From Mobula birostris (Eukaryota), in the NCBI RefSeq assembly GCF_030028105.1, contig NC_092377.1, positions 28,330,782 to 28,394,781 on the forward strand: a stretch of DNA of 64,000 bases. Direction: 5' to 3'. The first letter of the stretch is position 1, and each line of letters begins with the position of its first letter. Positions 1 through 13,730 of the stretch are shown one piece after another. The position numbers and the translations under genes were made by a program. The notes beneath the pieces are model-generated. The model had not been told where the DNA came from and ran no database searches. It saw only the letters and a program-made list of their open reading frames with translations.

Positions 1-420
1 TCCTATGTCTGAGCCAATTTTTAATCCAACTAACTAGTTTTCATTAGATTCTACGAGACCTAGCCCTCCAGACCAGCCTATCATGCGGAACCTTGTTGAA
101 GGCCATGGTAAAGTCCAAATAGACAACATCCATTGCCCTATCTTCACTTACCCTTCTGCTGCCTCTTCAAGAATTTCTAAAAGTTTCATCAAGCATGACT
201 TACAACATACAAAGCTATGCTGACTCCTCCTAGTCAGATATTATCATTCTAAATGCTGGAAGATTCAGAATTTCCATTACCGACCAGCCTGCAGTTCTGT
301 AGTTTGACCTTATCGCACTGTTTAAACAACATCATGGCATTAGTCACTTTTCAGTCCTTGAACTTCACCACTGTCTAATAATGAAGTACATATCTCCGCC
401 TCTGCAATTTCTTCTCTAGT
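1..420 (-). mobile_element. Old CR1 LINE RT fragment
   Basis: Reverse strand reads as the degenerate D(V)VYLDF..A..KVPHDRLV and YRPVSL region. Confidence 0.75.
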
Positions 421-584
421 ACATTTGGACCTTAAAATAACAGTTTTCTTGACCCCTACGTAAAAGTTTCTTATTTTCTGAAGTGAATGGTGAATGTGAT
501 TCAGGCTGATGTGGTGAAAAATGTCTTTTAAAATTAATTTTGCACATTTTCCAAATGTTGACGCAATTTGGTCGAGTTCGACAA

Positions 585-1620
585 TGGATTAACTGTATCA
601 ACATCAGTCCTCACAAAAAATTGAACTGACAGTGCTAACAATTAGTTCCAATGCATTCTGCATTCATGGAGTTTTAGTTGCATAATGCTGTTTTTGGTGG
701 TTATACAAAATGAATTTCTAATCCCAATAGGTAATTCAACATTAACTGCAAGAAATGAACAGTAATGGAATTACCCATTCTTGACACAAGTGATTAAACA
801 TTTACAGCGGGAGAACTGACACTGCTGTTCCTTAACCTTGCAAATGAAGATCTTAATCTTTACAGGACTTATGCTAACAGTTTTAAGGTGACCAGCAACA
901 ATATTTTAACACTGTTAAATTGAAGTGAAACAATTTCTAAGATCAATAGTTTGCCCGCAGCACTGTCTGCAATAATTATGTAGCAGCAGATTAATCAGGA
1001 CACCGACTGCAATTATTATGTGCCAGGCGATGAATCCCGGTGTACAGCAATCATGCAATTCTGCTGCTGCAGATTCCTTGCAGTTTTGTCAGCTAAGAGT
1101 AAACAATACCTGAGTTTTATGGTAATAAGTAAAGAAAATCAAATTCACTGCAACACTGCAAAAGGTAATTATTTATAGTCAGCATTATCTGCCTTAAGTT
1201 TGCAGTCACAAGAAAAGTTAAACAGCATGTTTGTCTGCAACGTTGAATGCAATAATTGAAAGCAGATGTTTCTCCATCGTAATGAAGGCAGTAAATCTGT
1301 GTATATGAACTATCATGCATATTTTTATTTATTGGGTTTTCTATTACTGTGTTCTTTATCTTATTGTGTATTTTCTTGTGCTGCATTGGATCCAGAGTAA
1401 CAATTATTTTATCCTCCTTCACATTTCTGTACTGGAAATTATATTAAACAATCTTGACATTAAATAAACAGCAGCATCTTTCCAGTTGCATCAAGTGTAC
1501 TAATTGAAAAGGTAGCTGCAGATTTACCACGCCCTTGTTCTCAACAATTGAACTGCAGTATAGATAGCAGCAAGTAAATACTAGTAGGCTCTCCCCACGG
1601 ATTTCAGATATAGCTGGGCC
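585..1620 (+). repeat. Degenerate ~40-bp tandem repeat, patch A (interrupted by a LINE tail at ~1295-1458)
   Basis: cactgtctgCAATAATT (C at 970) and caccgactgCAATTATT (C at 1010) are 40 bp apart; further units near 1250 and 1500. Confidence 0.65.
1295..1458 (+). mobile_element. Rex1/Babar-like LINE 3' end
   Basis: gctgcattggatccagagtaacaattattt...attaaacaatcttga 3'-terminal motif. Confidence 0.55.
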
Positions 1621-1920
1621 TAGAAATCCCTAAAGATGTCATTCCAGCAGTTTGATTTCTGTATCACCCAACACAATATTGTGCTCACTTTTGAGGAAAT
1701 TTGACTCCTGACTGAAGGGTGGGAATTTAATTAATCTGGCATCCTTTACCAGCATACCCACTCCACCCCAAATAACATTAGCATATACAATTTATCCTGA
1801 GTGTGGTTTTCAACTTCATTTGTCTGGAAAAATTGTTCTCATTTATTCATAGAGCAAGCAGGCTTTAGTAACCCTTTTTCTCCCAAAACTGTTATATTTA
1901 AAGGCATTCTTGCCCCTCAC

Positions 1921-3063
1921 AAGAAACACAATATTGATGTTAAGGATACCATCAGAACGAGCTATTCAAATGCAAAAAGATTTTTTTTTGTTTTGTCGAC
2001 TACACAAAAGCATTTGATAAAGTGAAGCACAATAAGTTATTTGAAATATTACAGAAAGCTCTAGATCTAGATTCGAAAGACCTCCGCCTAATCAGAAATC
2101 TGTACTGGAAACAAACTGCCGCTGTAAGAATAGATGGAGAAGTGAGTCAGTTTACGAAAATCAAGAGAGGTGTTAGACAAGGGTGTGTTTTCTCGCCTGA
2201 TTTATTTAATGTGTACAGTGAAACAATATTACAAAAAATAAGAGACAAATTTGGGAATCGAAGTTGGTGGTGAAAACATCAATAATTTCAGATATGCAGA
2301 TGACACTATTAATTGCAAGTACGGAGGAAGAACTACAAAACTTAATTAATATAATTGTTGAAGAAAGTGCAAAAATGGGTCTATCTATCATTTGCAAAAA
2401 GACAGAATGTATGGTGATATCCAAAAGGAAGGGGAATCCTATCTGCAGGCTGTAAATAAATGGGGAAGACAGATCTTTTGCTACTCAGGAAGCTGGGTGA
2501 CATCAGATGGCAGGTGCGACATGGACATCAAAAGAAGAGTAGGGATGGCAAAAGACACCTTTACGAGAATGAAGAGTATACTGACCAATACTAAACTAGG
2601 CATGACAACCCGCCTCAGAGTACTGAAATGTTATCTTTCTCCAGTTATGTTATATGGCTCAGAATGTTGGACAACATCTAGTAACATGAGGACACAAATT
2701 GTAGCAGCAGAGATGTGGTTTTTGAGGAGGACGCAAAGAATATCATGGACGAAACGAATATCTAATGAGGATGTCATGAATAGAGCAAACACAAAAAGAG
2801 AAATAATGTATGAGATCATGAAAAGGCAACATAACTTCATTGGACATGTGATTAGGAAAGAGAAGTTAGAATGTACGGTAATTATGGGAAAGATGGAAGG
2901 GAAGAAAGCAAGAGGAAGACAAAGACAAATGATGATGGAGACAGCAACCAGAGAACTGGAAATGAATACCAATGAATTGACCCACTTGATCCGAAACAGG
3001 AGTGTGTGGGCCATGGCAGTCAAAGCTCAAACTGGGCATGGCACCTGATGATGATGATGATGA
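1921..3063 (+). mobile_element. RTE-clade (BovB-like) LINE, 5'-truncated, frameshifted RT
   Basis: DYTKAFDKV, GVRQGCVFSPDLFN, RYADD, LYGSECWT and GKKARGRQR motifs; (TGA)n tail; 10-bp TSD tgcccctcac at 1911-1920 and 3064-3073. Confidence 0.92.
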
Positions 3064-3317
3064 TGCCCCTCACTAAGATCTGTGATCTCAACTTTTCCTC
3101 AAATGAAATGCCACATGTATCTTCACGGTTTTGCAAATGGAGGGGGGAGTGTCACTTCACTTTCATTTTTGTATCCTCAGCATCATTCCAGACTGTTGTT
3201 GATGATCTCTGTCTCATCAATCTCCCAGTTTTCGCTCAGGGCTGAATCAGTGGTATTCTAAACTCCAAGTTCAAGGAGGGAAGACTCTTGCTACTTTTCC
3301 TTCTGTCTCCCAAAGCA

Positions 3318-6300
3318 GATAGAAACATAGAAAATAGGTGCAGGAGTAGGCTATTCTGCCCTTCGAGCCTGCACCGCCATTCAGTATGATCATGGCTGAT
3401 CATCCAACTCAGAACCCTATGCCTGTCTTCTCTCCATACCCCCGATCCCTTTAGCCACAAGGGCCATATCTAACTCCCTCTTAAATATAGCCAATGAACT
3501 GGCCTCAACTGTTTCCTGTGGCAGAGAATTCCACAGATTCACCACTCTCTGTGTGAAGAAGTTTTTCCTAATCTCAGTCCTAAAAGGCTTCCCCTTTATC
3601 CTCAAACTGTGACCCCTCGTTCTGGACTTCCCTAACATCGGGAACAATCTTCCTGCATCTAGCCTGTCCAATCCTTTTAGAATTTTATACGCTTCAATCA
3701 GATCCCCCCTCAATCTTCTAAATTCCAGAGAGTATAAGCCTAATCGATCCAGTCTTTCATCATATGAAAGTCCTGCCATCCCAGGAATCAATCTGGTGAA
3801 CCTCCTTTGTACTCCCTTTATGGCAAGAATGTCTTTCCTCAGATTAGGGGACCAAAACTGCACAATACTCTAGGTGTGGTCTCACCAAGGCCTTGTTCAA
3901 CTGCAGTAGTACCTCCCTGCTCCTGTACTCGAATCCTCTTGCTATGAATGCCAGCATACCATTCGCCTTTTTCACCACCTTCTGTACCTGCATGCCCACT
4001 TTCAATGACTGGTGTACAATGACACACAGGTCTCGTTGCACCTCCCCTTTTCCTAATCGGCCACCATTCAGATAATAATCTGTTTTCCTGTTCTTGCCAC
4101 CAAAGTGGATAACCTCACATTAATCCACATTAAATTGCATCTGCCGTGAATTTGCCCACTCACCCAACCTATCCAAGTCACCCTGCATCCTCTTAGCATC
4201 CTCCTCACAGCTAACACTGCCGCCCAGCTTCGTGTCATCTGCAAACTTGGAGATGCTGTATTTAATTCCCTCGTCTAAGTCATTAATATATATTGTAAAC
4301 AACTGGGGTTCCAGCACTGAGCCTTGCGGTACCCCACTAGTCGCTGCCTGCCATTCTGAAAAGGTCCCTTTTATTCCCACTCTTTGCTTCCTGTCTGCCA
4401 ACCAATTCTCTATCCATATCAATACCATACCCCCAATACCGTGTGCTTTAAGTTTGCACACTAATCTCCTGTGAGGAACCTTGTCAAAAGCCTTTTGGAA
4501 ATCCAAATATACCACATCCACTGGTTCTCCCCTATCCACTCTACTAGTTGCATCCTCAAATCATTCTATGAGATTCGTCAGACATGATTTTCCTTTCACA
4601 AATCCATGCTGACTTTGTCCGATGATTTCACCACTTTCCAAATGTGCTGTTATCACATCTTTGATAACTGACTCTAGCATTTTCCCCACCACCAATATCG
4701 GGCTTACCGGTCTATAATTCCCCTGTTTCTTTCTCCCTCCTTTTTTAAAAAGCGGGGTTACATTAGCCACCCTCCAATCCTCAGGAACTGGTCCAGAATC
4801 TTAAGAGTTTTGAAAAATTATCACTAATGTGTCCACTATTTCTTGGGCTACTTCGTTAAGCACTCTGGGATGCAGACCATCTGGCCCTGGGGATTTATCT
4901 GCCTTCAATCCCTTCAACTTACCTAACACCACTTCCCTACTAACATGTATTTCCCTCAGTTCCTCCATCTCACTAGACCCTCGGTCCCCTACTATTTCCG
5001 GGAGATTATTTATGTCCTCCTTAGTGAAGACAAAACCAAAGCAGTTATTCAATTTGTCTGCCATGTCCTTGTTCCCCATGAGCAATTCACCTGTTTCTGA
5101 CTGTAAGGGACCTACATTTGTCTTAACCAATCTTTTTCTTTTCACATATCTATAAAAGCTTTTACAGTCAGTTTTTATGTTCCCTGCCAGGTTTCTCTCA
5201 TAATCTTTTTTCCCTTTCCTAATTAAGCCCTTTGTCCTCCTCTGCTGAACTCTGAATTTCTCCCAGTCCTCAGGTGTGCCGCTTTTTCTGGCTAATTTGT
5301 ATGTTTCTTCTTTGGAATTGATACTATCCCTAATTTCCCTTGTCAGCCACGGGTGCACTACCTTCCCTGGTTTATTCTTTTGCCAAAATGGGATGAACAA
5401 TTATTGTAGTTCATCCATGCGATCTTTAAATGCTTGCCATTGCATATCCACCGTCAACCCTTTAAGTATCATTTGCCAGTCTATCTTAGCTAATTCATGT
5501 CTCATACCTTCAAAGTTACCCTTCTTTAAGTTCAGAAGCCTTGTTTCTGAATTAACTATATCACTATCCATCTTAATGAAGAATTCCACCATATTATGGT
5601 CACTCTTACCCAAGGGGCCTCGCACGACAAGATTGCTAACTAACCCTTGCTCATTGCTCAATACCCAGTCCAGAATGGCCTGCTCTCTAGTTGGTTCCTC
5701 GACATGTTGGTTCAAAAAACCCACATACATTCCAAGAAATCCTCTTCCTCAGCACCCTTACCAATTTGGTTTGCCCAATCTATATATAGATTGAAGTCAC
5801 CTACTATAACTGCTGTTCCTTTATTGCACGCATTTCTAATTTCCTGTTTAATACCATCCCCAACCTCACTGCTACTGTTAGGTGGCCTGTACACAACTCC
5901 CACCAGCGTTTACTGCCCCTTAGTGTTATGCAGCTGTACCCATATCGATTCCACATCCTCCCGGCTAACGTCCTTCCTCTCTATTGCGTTAATCTCCTCT
6001 CTAACCAGCAATGCTACCCCACCTCCTTTTCTTTCATGTCTATCCCTCCTGAATATTGAATATCCCTGAATGTTGAGCTCCCATCCTTAGTCACCCTGGA
6101 GCCATGTCTCTGTGATCCCAACTACATCATATTCATTAATAACAATCTGCACTTTTAATTCATCCACCTTGTTACGAATGCTCCTTGCATTGACACACAA
6201 AGCATTCAGGCTTGCTTTTACAACACTCTTAGCCCTTATACAATTATGTTGAAAAGTGGCCCTTTTTGATTTTTGCCCTGGATGTCAGCCTGCCACTTTT

Positions 6301-6435
6301 ACTATTCACCTTACTGCTTTTTGCTTCTACCCTCATTTTACACCCCTCTGTCTCTCTGCACTTGTTCCCATCCCCCTGCCACATTAGTTTAAATCCTCCT
6401 GAACAACAGTAGCAAAAGATCCCCCTAGGACATTG
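3318..6435 (-). mobile_element. Young CR1 LINE: end of ORF1 plus frameshifted EN-RT ORF2 and 3' tail
   Basis: YRPPNS, GDFN, SDH, KSPGPDGLHPRVL, FQKAFDKVPH, GVPQGSVL, KFADDTK and RPHLEYC motifs; (TTTCTATG)-type tail. Confidence 0.96.
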
Positions 6436-6835
6436 AGCAGGTATGGAGACTTAACTGCATCAGAGGCTTCCCAAAAGTGTGCATTGACTTTACGTATCCA
6501 TCCTGAGACCTCAAGCAAATCCCTTTCTGCAGGTGCCTAGTTGCAGCCCTGATGGGAGAACAAGCTTCCAGAGATATATGTTCACCAATATGTCCACATT
6601 CTTGGAATACCTCCCTCCCATTACTGTAGCTTCAATTCACCTTGTTGCAACAGTCAACTGTAGCTGGAAGAGTTTATTGCAGTGTCCATATAGCTAACTG
6701 TTGTCAGCTCTGACAACTTTACAGATGTAGAAAATGCTGCATTGAAGCTGACACATTACACTGGATAAGCCATCAATGATGGTGTGGAAGGTTCACATTT
6801 GAAAGTCTGTTCTTTTATCAGACTTAGTTTATTAA

Positions 6836-7085
6836 TTCATTCATCATGTGCTGTCATATGACAGGGACGATTATGATGTTTCCATGACCATGATTGTTCT
6901 TGATAAATTTTTCTGCAGAAGTGGTTTGCCATTGCCTTCTTCTGGGCAGTGTCTTTACAGGATAGATGATCCCAGCCATTATCAATACTCTTCAGAGATT
7001 GTCTGCCTGACCTCACTGGCTAGTGGAGGGAAGGAATGCCTCACACCTCCTTTGGTAGAGATGTATCTCCGCCCCGCCACTCTAG
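6836..7085 (-). mobile_element. RTE-associated SINE or non-autonomous element
   Basis: agaagtggtttgccattgccttcttc motif shared with BovB/Sauria-type elements. Confidence 0.55.
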
Positions 7086-7329
7086 ACTTTGATTAGACCA
7101 TCTTATGAGATTAGTTTACTGACGTGCAGTGTGCAATGTAATTCCTGTTCACAGTATGCATGCTAATAATAAATATAACAGTAAATATATCTATGAGTGC
7201 CAAATGGCAAAATGGTGGAGATATTGCAGTGTAATCTGAAGTAGCCAAAAAAGAAACACTAAAGTGACAATAATAGAATAACCCGGAGAGGTAAAAGTAA
7301 GAATACAAGAATGTGTCAGGATCACCAGG

Positions 7330-7930
7330 AAGGGAATGTGAAAGAGGTAATTGGTTCAGAAGTCTGAATTCAAAGGGAAAGTGACTACACTTAACTCTGG
7401 ATGCCCAGTCTTTTAAGCATTTGTATCTTTTCCCAGAAGGTAGAAGAAAGAAAATGTAATGGCTAAGATAATTACATCTTTGACAATACTATTAGCTTTC
7501 GTGAAGAAATGCACGTGAAGGTAGGCAGGAGAGAAGAAATGGAGAGCCTGTGATGGACTGGAATATGTTTACCACCTTCTGCAGATTCAGTCAGTCCAGA
7601 ACAGAGCAGTTGTCAGACCAGTCTGAGATGCAACCCATCATAAATCTGTAGAAGCATGGGGGAATCCTTGCGGACATGTTGAGTTTTCTCAGATGCCAAA
7701 GAAAGTAAATGCACTGATGACTGCATCAGTGTGAAAGGGCTAGGGGAAGGTTCAACTATCTCAATAGTGGCTCTGTTTTGGAGGACAGGCTTGTGCTCAC
7801 CATGGCACCCTTAATACCCAACGCGTTTGCATTGCTGATGAAATGGGGTAGATTGTTGTTCTGACACCATGGCACAAGGCTTACTGTCTCTTTCCTGTGC
7901 TCCATTTTCTCATATTTATGAATGTCTGAT
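7330..7930 (-). mobile_element. Old Rex1/Babar-like LINE fragment
   Basis: Degenerate match to the Rex 3' region seen at 19608-20080 and 37250-37750. Confidence 0.55.
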
Positions 7931-8025
7931 AAAGTCTCTATCAGCCTCCTAGCCTCAGAATCATTCTAGGAAAACAAGATATTGTTCTGAAGTTCTTAAA
8001 TGTAACAAAGCAATTCCTAGGCTCA

Positions 8026-8187
8026 AACAACAGGAATTCTGCAGATGCTGGAAATTCAAGCAACACACATCAAAGTTGCTGGTGAACGCAGCAGGCCAGG
8101 CAGCATCTGTAGGAAGAGGTGCAGTTGACGTTTCAGGCCGAGACCCTTCGTCAGGACTAACTGAAGGAAGAGTGAGTAAGGGATTTA
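8026..8187 (-). mobile_element. Penelope-derived short element (pLTR 3' part) carrying a hammerhead motif
   Basis: ctgcagatgctggaaattcaagcaacacac...gacgtttcaggccgagacccttcgtcaggact; 9-bp TSD ctaggctca at 8017-8025 and 8188-8196. Confidence 0.85.
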
Positions 8188-8242
8188 CTAGGCTCAGCAT
8201 TTTCCTGCAGCAGCAAATGTAACAATCTCAATGGCAGCAAAT

Positions 8243-10120
8243 GATACATTTGTCAGATGTGTTCAGGAACATTTCCTCAATCAGTACATATAAGTTCCAA
8301 CTAGAGAGAGTGCAGTACTAGATCTTCAAATAAGGATTGAGACAGTGCAAGTGGCAGATGTTTGTGTAGGAGAACACTTTGCATTAGTGAATAATGCCAT
8401 TAGTTTCAAGGTAATTATGGAAAAGGATAGATCTAATCCTCGGATTGAGATTCTAAATTGGAGAAAGGCCAATTTTGAGGGTATCAGAAAGGATCTGGCA
8501 AGTGTGCATTTGGGATAGATTGTTTTCTGGCAAAGGCGTACTTAGTAAGTGAGAGGCCTTCGAAAGTGAATTTTTGAGAGTAGAATTTATTTGTTCTTGT
8601 CAGAATAAAAGGCAAGGATAACAGGTTTATGGAAACTTGGTTTTGAGGGATATTGAGGCCCTGGTTAAGAAAAAGAAGGAGGTGCATAGCAGTTATAGGC
8701 AGGTAGGAGCAAATGAGGTACTTGAGGAGTATAAGAAATACAAAAGAACACTTAGAAGGAATTCAGGAGGGCTAAAAGAAGACATGAGCTTGCTCTAGCA
8801 GACAAGATGAAGAAGAATTCTAAGGGCTTCTAAAGAATTATTAACAGCAAAAAGATAGCCAAAAGAGATCGGAGAGAACTTAACCAGATTTTTTGCAACT
8901 GTATTTGCTCAGGAGACAGACTCAGAATCTATAGAAATGAGGCAAAGCAGTAATGAAGTCATAGACCCTTTGCAGATTGCAGAAGAGGACGTGGTTGCTG
9001 TCTTGAGGTCCCCAGGGCCTGACAAGGTCTTCTCTCAGACCCTGTGGAAGGCTGGTTCATAAACTGCAGGGGCTCTGGCAGAATAGTTAAAACATCCTGT
9101 GCCAAAGGATTGGAGGATAGCTATCTTGTTCTGTTGTTTAAGGAAGGCTCTAAGAATAAGCTAGGAAATTATAGGCTGGTGAGCCTGACATCAGTAGTGG
9201 GAAAGTTATTGGAAGGTGTTCCAAAGGACCGGATATACGGTGTTTGATTTACACCAGCCGTACCGTTTACTGTTGAGGTCTCAAAGTTTCACTTTGGTCT
9301 CATCTGTCCAAAAGACCTTTTTCCATATATTTACAATATCTTCGAAGTGACGGTTTGCAAAGTCTTTATGGGAAACAATATCCTTTTTTCTTAGTGGTGT
9401 AAATATAACATTGCGCATCAGCCGGGTAACATCACCCCTACTGTACAGTATGATGGAGGCAGCATCGTGCATTGGGGATGTTTTGCAGCAGCAGGGACTG
9501 GAAATCTTCTCAGGATTGACTTGATGGGAAGCTGAATGCTGCTAAGTACAGAGGGATCTTGAATAAACTGCTAACTTCTGCCAGAGGAAGCTCATCTTTC
9601 AGTAGGACAATGACCCAAAGCACACTGATGAGTAACCATGCCAGTCAAGTCCTGACCTTAACCTGATGGAACATCTCTGTCCACCGTCACTCTCCAACTA
9701 ACATGGCACAGCTTGAGCAGTTTTGCAAGGGGGAATGAACAAATCTTGCCCCATTACATGTACAAAGCTAATGGAGACTTATCCAAACAGACTATTGGCT
9801 GTAATAGCTGTGAGAGTTGGTTGAACTAAGTTCTGAGCAAAGGGGGATGAATACTTTTAAAATGACGTTTCAGGTTTTGAATTTTTAGATTTTCATGCTT
9901 TACAATTTTCCTTGTTTTTTTGTGCTCTTCCATGAAAAAAGGAGCATATGATTCACAAATAAAAATAAAAAATCCCTGGTTGTAATACTCATTTATGTGA
10001 ACAAAGGGCTGGGGGCAAAATACTTCTGCAAAGCACAAGGTGCAGGTTGGTGGGACTAAGCTGATTAATAGTTTGGCTCAAACCAGGTGGACCTGTGCTG
10101 TAGTGTTCTATGACCCTATA
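8243..10120 (+). mobile_element. Older CR1 (EN to RT start at 8243-9245, tail at ~10038-10120), with a Tc1 remnant in place of the RT
   Basis: FV.CVQE.FLNQY, GNYRLVSLTSVVGK; CR1-type tail ctgtgctgtagtgttctatg. Confidence 0.85.
9248..10037 (+). mobile_element. Tc1 transposon 3' half with IR/DR end; first ~150 bp inverted
   Basis: Minus-strand WKKVFWTDETKV, then plus-strand [20 protein letters not shown]; direct repeats ggggatgaatactttt and ggggcaaaatacttct in the right terminal region. Confidence 0.85.
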
Positions 10121-10430
10121 ATTCACCCAAATATTGAGTTCAATAATTACACAACTATATGTAGTATTCCCATCAATCCCGACTACAGGAACTAAGCATA
10201 AACAAAATTATCAAAACATTGTCCATAATAATTAAAAAAGAACCATTTTATTGCAATATGGAAGTGGTTTCTAAACAGCATTGATCATTATATTAACACA
10301 GCGTTAGATTCCTTAAGACACCAATTACAACAGTTAAGCAACACCATTTTCTTCCTCAAATTGATGGGAATCAAGAGTTGCTGTTTGACAGCAGTGAGTT
10401 CTCAAAATTATCAGCTGTGGAGAGAATTAA
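10120..10430 (+). repeat. Degenerate ~40-bp tandem repeat, patch B
   Basis: atattgagttCAATAATTac, acattgtccaTAATAATTaaa, gcattgatcattatattaac units. Confidence 0.55.
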
Positions 10431-10526
10431 TGTTTATGTATTGTAAGATGGTAGTCAAGTTGCCTGCTTTATCCAGGATGGTGTTCAGCTTCTTGAGTGA
10501 AATCAGAGTTGCACACGTCCGGGCAT

Positions 10527-13350
10527 GACTGAGCAAGCGCGTGGACCAGCGAGTTAGACCAGCACAAAGAGTTTAAAAGGAGAAAGCTTTACAGAGCGGG
10601 CAGTGAAGAAGAGGGCGACAGAGCAGGAGGGCTTTGGCTCAACAGGTTTTCGGTGATAACAGGTCGAGGTGAGGTAAGTTACCTGTGAGGAATAGAAACA
10701 GAAAGTATGTCTGTGAGGCCAGTGTTCTGTACTGTGTGTCAGATGTGGGAAGTCTGAGAAACTCCCAGCCTCCCAGACGGCCACATCTGCGCCAGGTGCG
10801 TCGAGCTGCAGCTCCTTAGGGACCAGTTCAGGGAACTGGAGATGCAGCTTGATGACCTTCACCTGGTCAGGAAGAGTGAGGAGGTGATAGAGAGGAGCTA
10901 TCGGCAAGTAGTCACACCGGGGACTCAGGAGACAGATAAGTGGGTAGCAGTCAGGAGAGGGCAGGGGAAGAGTCAGATACAAAGAGTACCCCTGTGGCTG
11001 TCCACTTAACAATGAGTACTCCTGTTTGAGTACTGTTGAGGGGGACAGCCTACCTGGGGGAAGCAACAGTGGCCTCACCTCTGGCACAGAGTCTGGCCCT
11101 GTGGCTCAGAAGGGTAGAGAAAGGAAGAAGGAAGCAGTAATAGACACTCTATAGTTAGGGGGTCAGACAGGTGATTCTGTGGATGCAGGAAAGAAACATG
11201 GATGGTAGTTTGCCTCCCAGGTGTCAGGGTCCGGGATGTTTCTGATCGCGTCCACAGTATCCAGAAGTGGGAAGGTGAATAGCCAGAGGTCGTGATGCAT
11301 ATTGGTACCAATGACATAGGTAGGAAAAGGGAGGAGGTCATCAAAAAAGACTACAGGGAGTTAGGAACGAAGTTGAGAAGCAGGACCTCAAAGGTAGTAA
11401 TCTCGGGATTACTGCCTGTGCCATGCAACTGTGAGTATAGGAACAGATTGAGGTGGAGGGTAAATGCGTGGCTGAGGGATTGCAGTAGGGGGCAGGGATT
11501 CAGATTTCTGGATCATTGGAACCTCTTTTGGGACAGGCGTGACATGTAAAAAAAGGACGGGTTGCACTTGAATCCCAGGGGGACCAATATCTTTGCAGGG
11601 ATGTATACTAAGGCTATTGGGGAGAGTTTAAACTAGAATTGCTGGGGGGTGGGAACAGAACTGAAGAGACGGAAGAAGGGGCTGTTGGCTCACAAATAGA
11701 GAAAGCTTGTAGACAGTGCGAGAGGGAGGATAGACAGGTGATAGAGAAGGGATGCACTCAGACTGATGGTTTGAGATGTGTCTATTTTAATGCAAGAAGC
11801 ATCATGATCCAGGACCGGATGAGGTGTACCCCAGGCTACTGTGGGAGGCGAGGAAGGTGTTTGCTGAGCCTCTGGTGATGATCTTTGCATCATCAGTGGG
11901 GAAGGGAGAGGTTCCGGAGGATTGGAGGGTTATGGATGTTGTTCCCTTATTCAAGAAAGGGAGTAGAGACAGTCAGGAAATTATAGACCAGTGAGTCTTT
12001 CCTCAGTGGTTTGTAAGCTGATGGAAAAGATCCTGAGAAGCAGGATTTATGAACATTTGGAGAGGCATAATATGATTAGGAATAGTCAGCACGGTTTTGT
12101 CAACGGCAGGTCGTGCCTTACGAGCCTGATTGAATTTTTTGAGGATGTGACTAAACACATTGATGAAGGTAGAACAGTAAGCGTAGTGTATATGGATTTC
12201 AGCAAGGCATTTGACAAGGTACCCCATGCAAGGCTTATTGAGAAAGTAAGGAGGCATGGGATCCAAGGGGAGCTTGCTTTGTGGATCCAGTATTGGCTTG
12301 CCCACAATGAGTGGTTGTAGATGAGTCATATTCTGCATGGAGGTCGGTGACCAGTGGTGTGCCTCAGGGATCTGTTCTGGCACCCCTTCACTTCGTGATT
12401 TTTATAATTGACCTGGATAAGGAAGTGGAGGGATGGGTTAGTAAATTTGCTGATAACACAAGGGTTGGGAGTGTTGTGGATAGTGTGGAGGGCTGTCAGA
12501 GGTTACAGTGGGACATCGATAGGATGCAAAACTGGACTGAGAAGTGGCAGATGGAGTTCAACCCAAATAAGTGTGAGGTGGCTGATTTCGGTAGGTCAAA
12601 TATGATGGCAGAATATAGTATTAATGGTAAGAATCTTGGCAGTGTGGAGGATCAGAGGGATCTCAGGGCCCGAGTCCACAGGGCACTCAAAGCTGCTGTG
12701 CAGGTTGACTCTGTGGTTAAGAAGGAATGCGGTGCATTGACCTTCATTAACTGTGGGATTGAGTTTATGAGCCGAGAGGTAATGTTACAGCTATATAGGA
12801 CCCTGGACGGACCCCACTTGGAGTACTGTGCTCAGTTCTGGTCAGCTCACTACAGGAAGGATGTGGAAGCTATAGAAAGGCTGCAGAGGAGATTTACAAG
12901 GATGTTGCCTGGATTGGACAGCATGCTTTATGAGAATAGGTTGAGTGAACTCGGCCTTTTCTCCTTGGAGTGACAGAGGATGGGAGGTGCATAAGGTGAT
13001 GAGAGGCATCGATCATATGGATAGTCAGAGGCTTTTTCCCAGGGCTGAAATGGCCAACACGAAAGGGCACAGTTGTAAGGTGCTCAGAAGAAGGTCCAGA
13101 GGAGATGTCAGGGGTAAGTTTTTTACACAGAGAGTGGTGATTGCTTGGAATGGGCTGCCAGTGATGGTGGTGGAGGCAGATACGATAGAGTCTTTTAAGA
13201 GACTCCTGGATAGGTACATGGAGCTTAGAAAAATGGAAGGCTATGGGTAATCCTAGGTAATTTCTAAAGTAAGTACATGTTCGGCACAGCATTGTGGGCT
13301 GAAGGGCCTGTATTGTGCTGTAGGTTTTCTAGGTTTCTATGTTTCTATGT
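10527..13350 (+). mobile_element. CR1 LINE with 5' end and ORF1 (Cys-rich zinc finger plus SGNH esterase); endonuclease domain deleted
   Basis: FCTVCQMW...HICARC, HIGTNDIG, DGLHL motifs; ORF2 start YFNARSI joined directly to PGPD..YPRLL at ~11805; RT motifs; tail ttttctaggtttctatgtttctatg. Confidence 0.93.
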
Positions 13351-13536
13351 ATTCGATCACATGAAAGATGCTGAAAGATGTTGAAAGACTTTGGCGAGAT
13401 AGGGGTTGGTTTGTTCACCACAGATTACTCATATAATTCACAATATTTATCTGACTGCATTATTCCTGTTTCCGAACGATGGAGATCTTTAGGAGATAGC
13501 AGGAGATTTTGGTATTGCTGATGAACGTCAAAGATA

Positions 13537-13730
13537 GGTAGCTGGCCGGTAGCATAGCGGCATCTGCACCAGACTTCGAAACAAGTGGTCCCAGGATCTA
13601 ATTCATCTGGCTGCTGGCTTGAGTGTCGAGCTACCGACTCGGCCTCATTAAAGCAAAAAACAGACTAAAGTGCTGAAGAAGCAGCAAGATTGCTGCATGA
13701 TACACCACAAGGCGCGGAAAGGAACAGCAA
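13537..13730 (+). mobile_element. tRNA-derived SINE (decayed)
   Basis: A-box-like ggccggtagcatagcgg head, B-box-like remnant, A-rich end. Confidence 0.5.
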
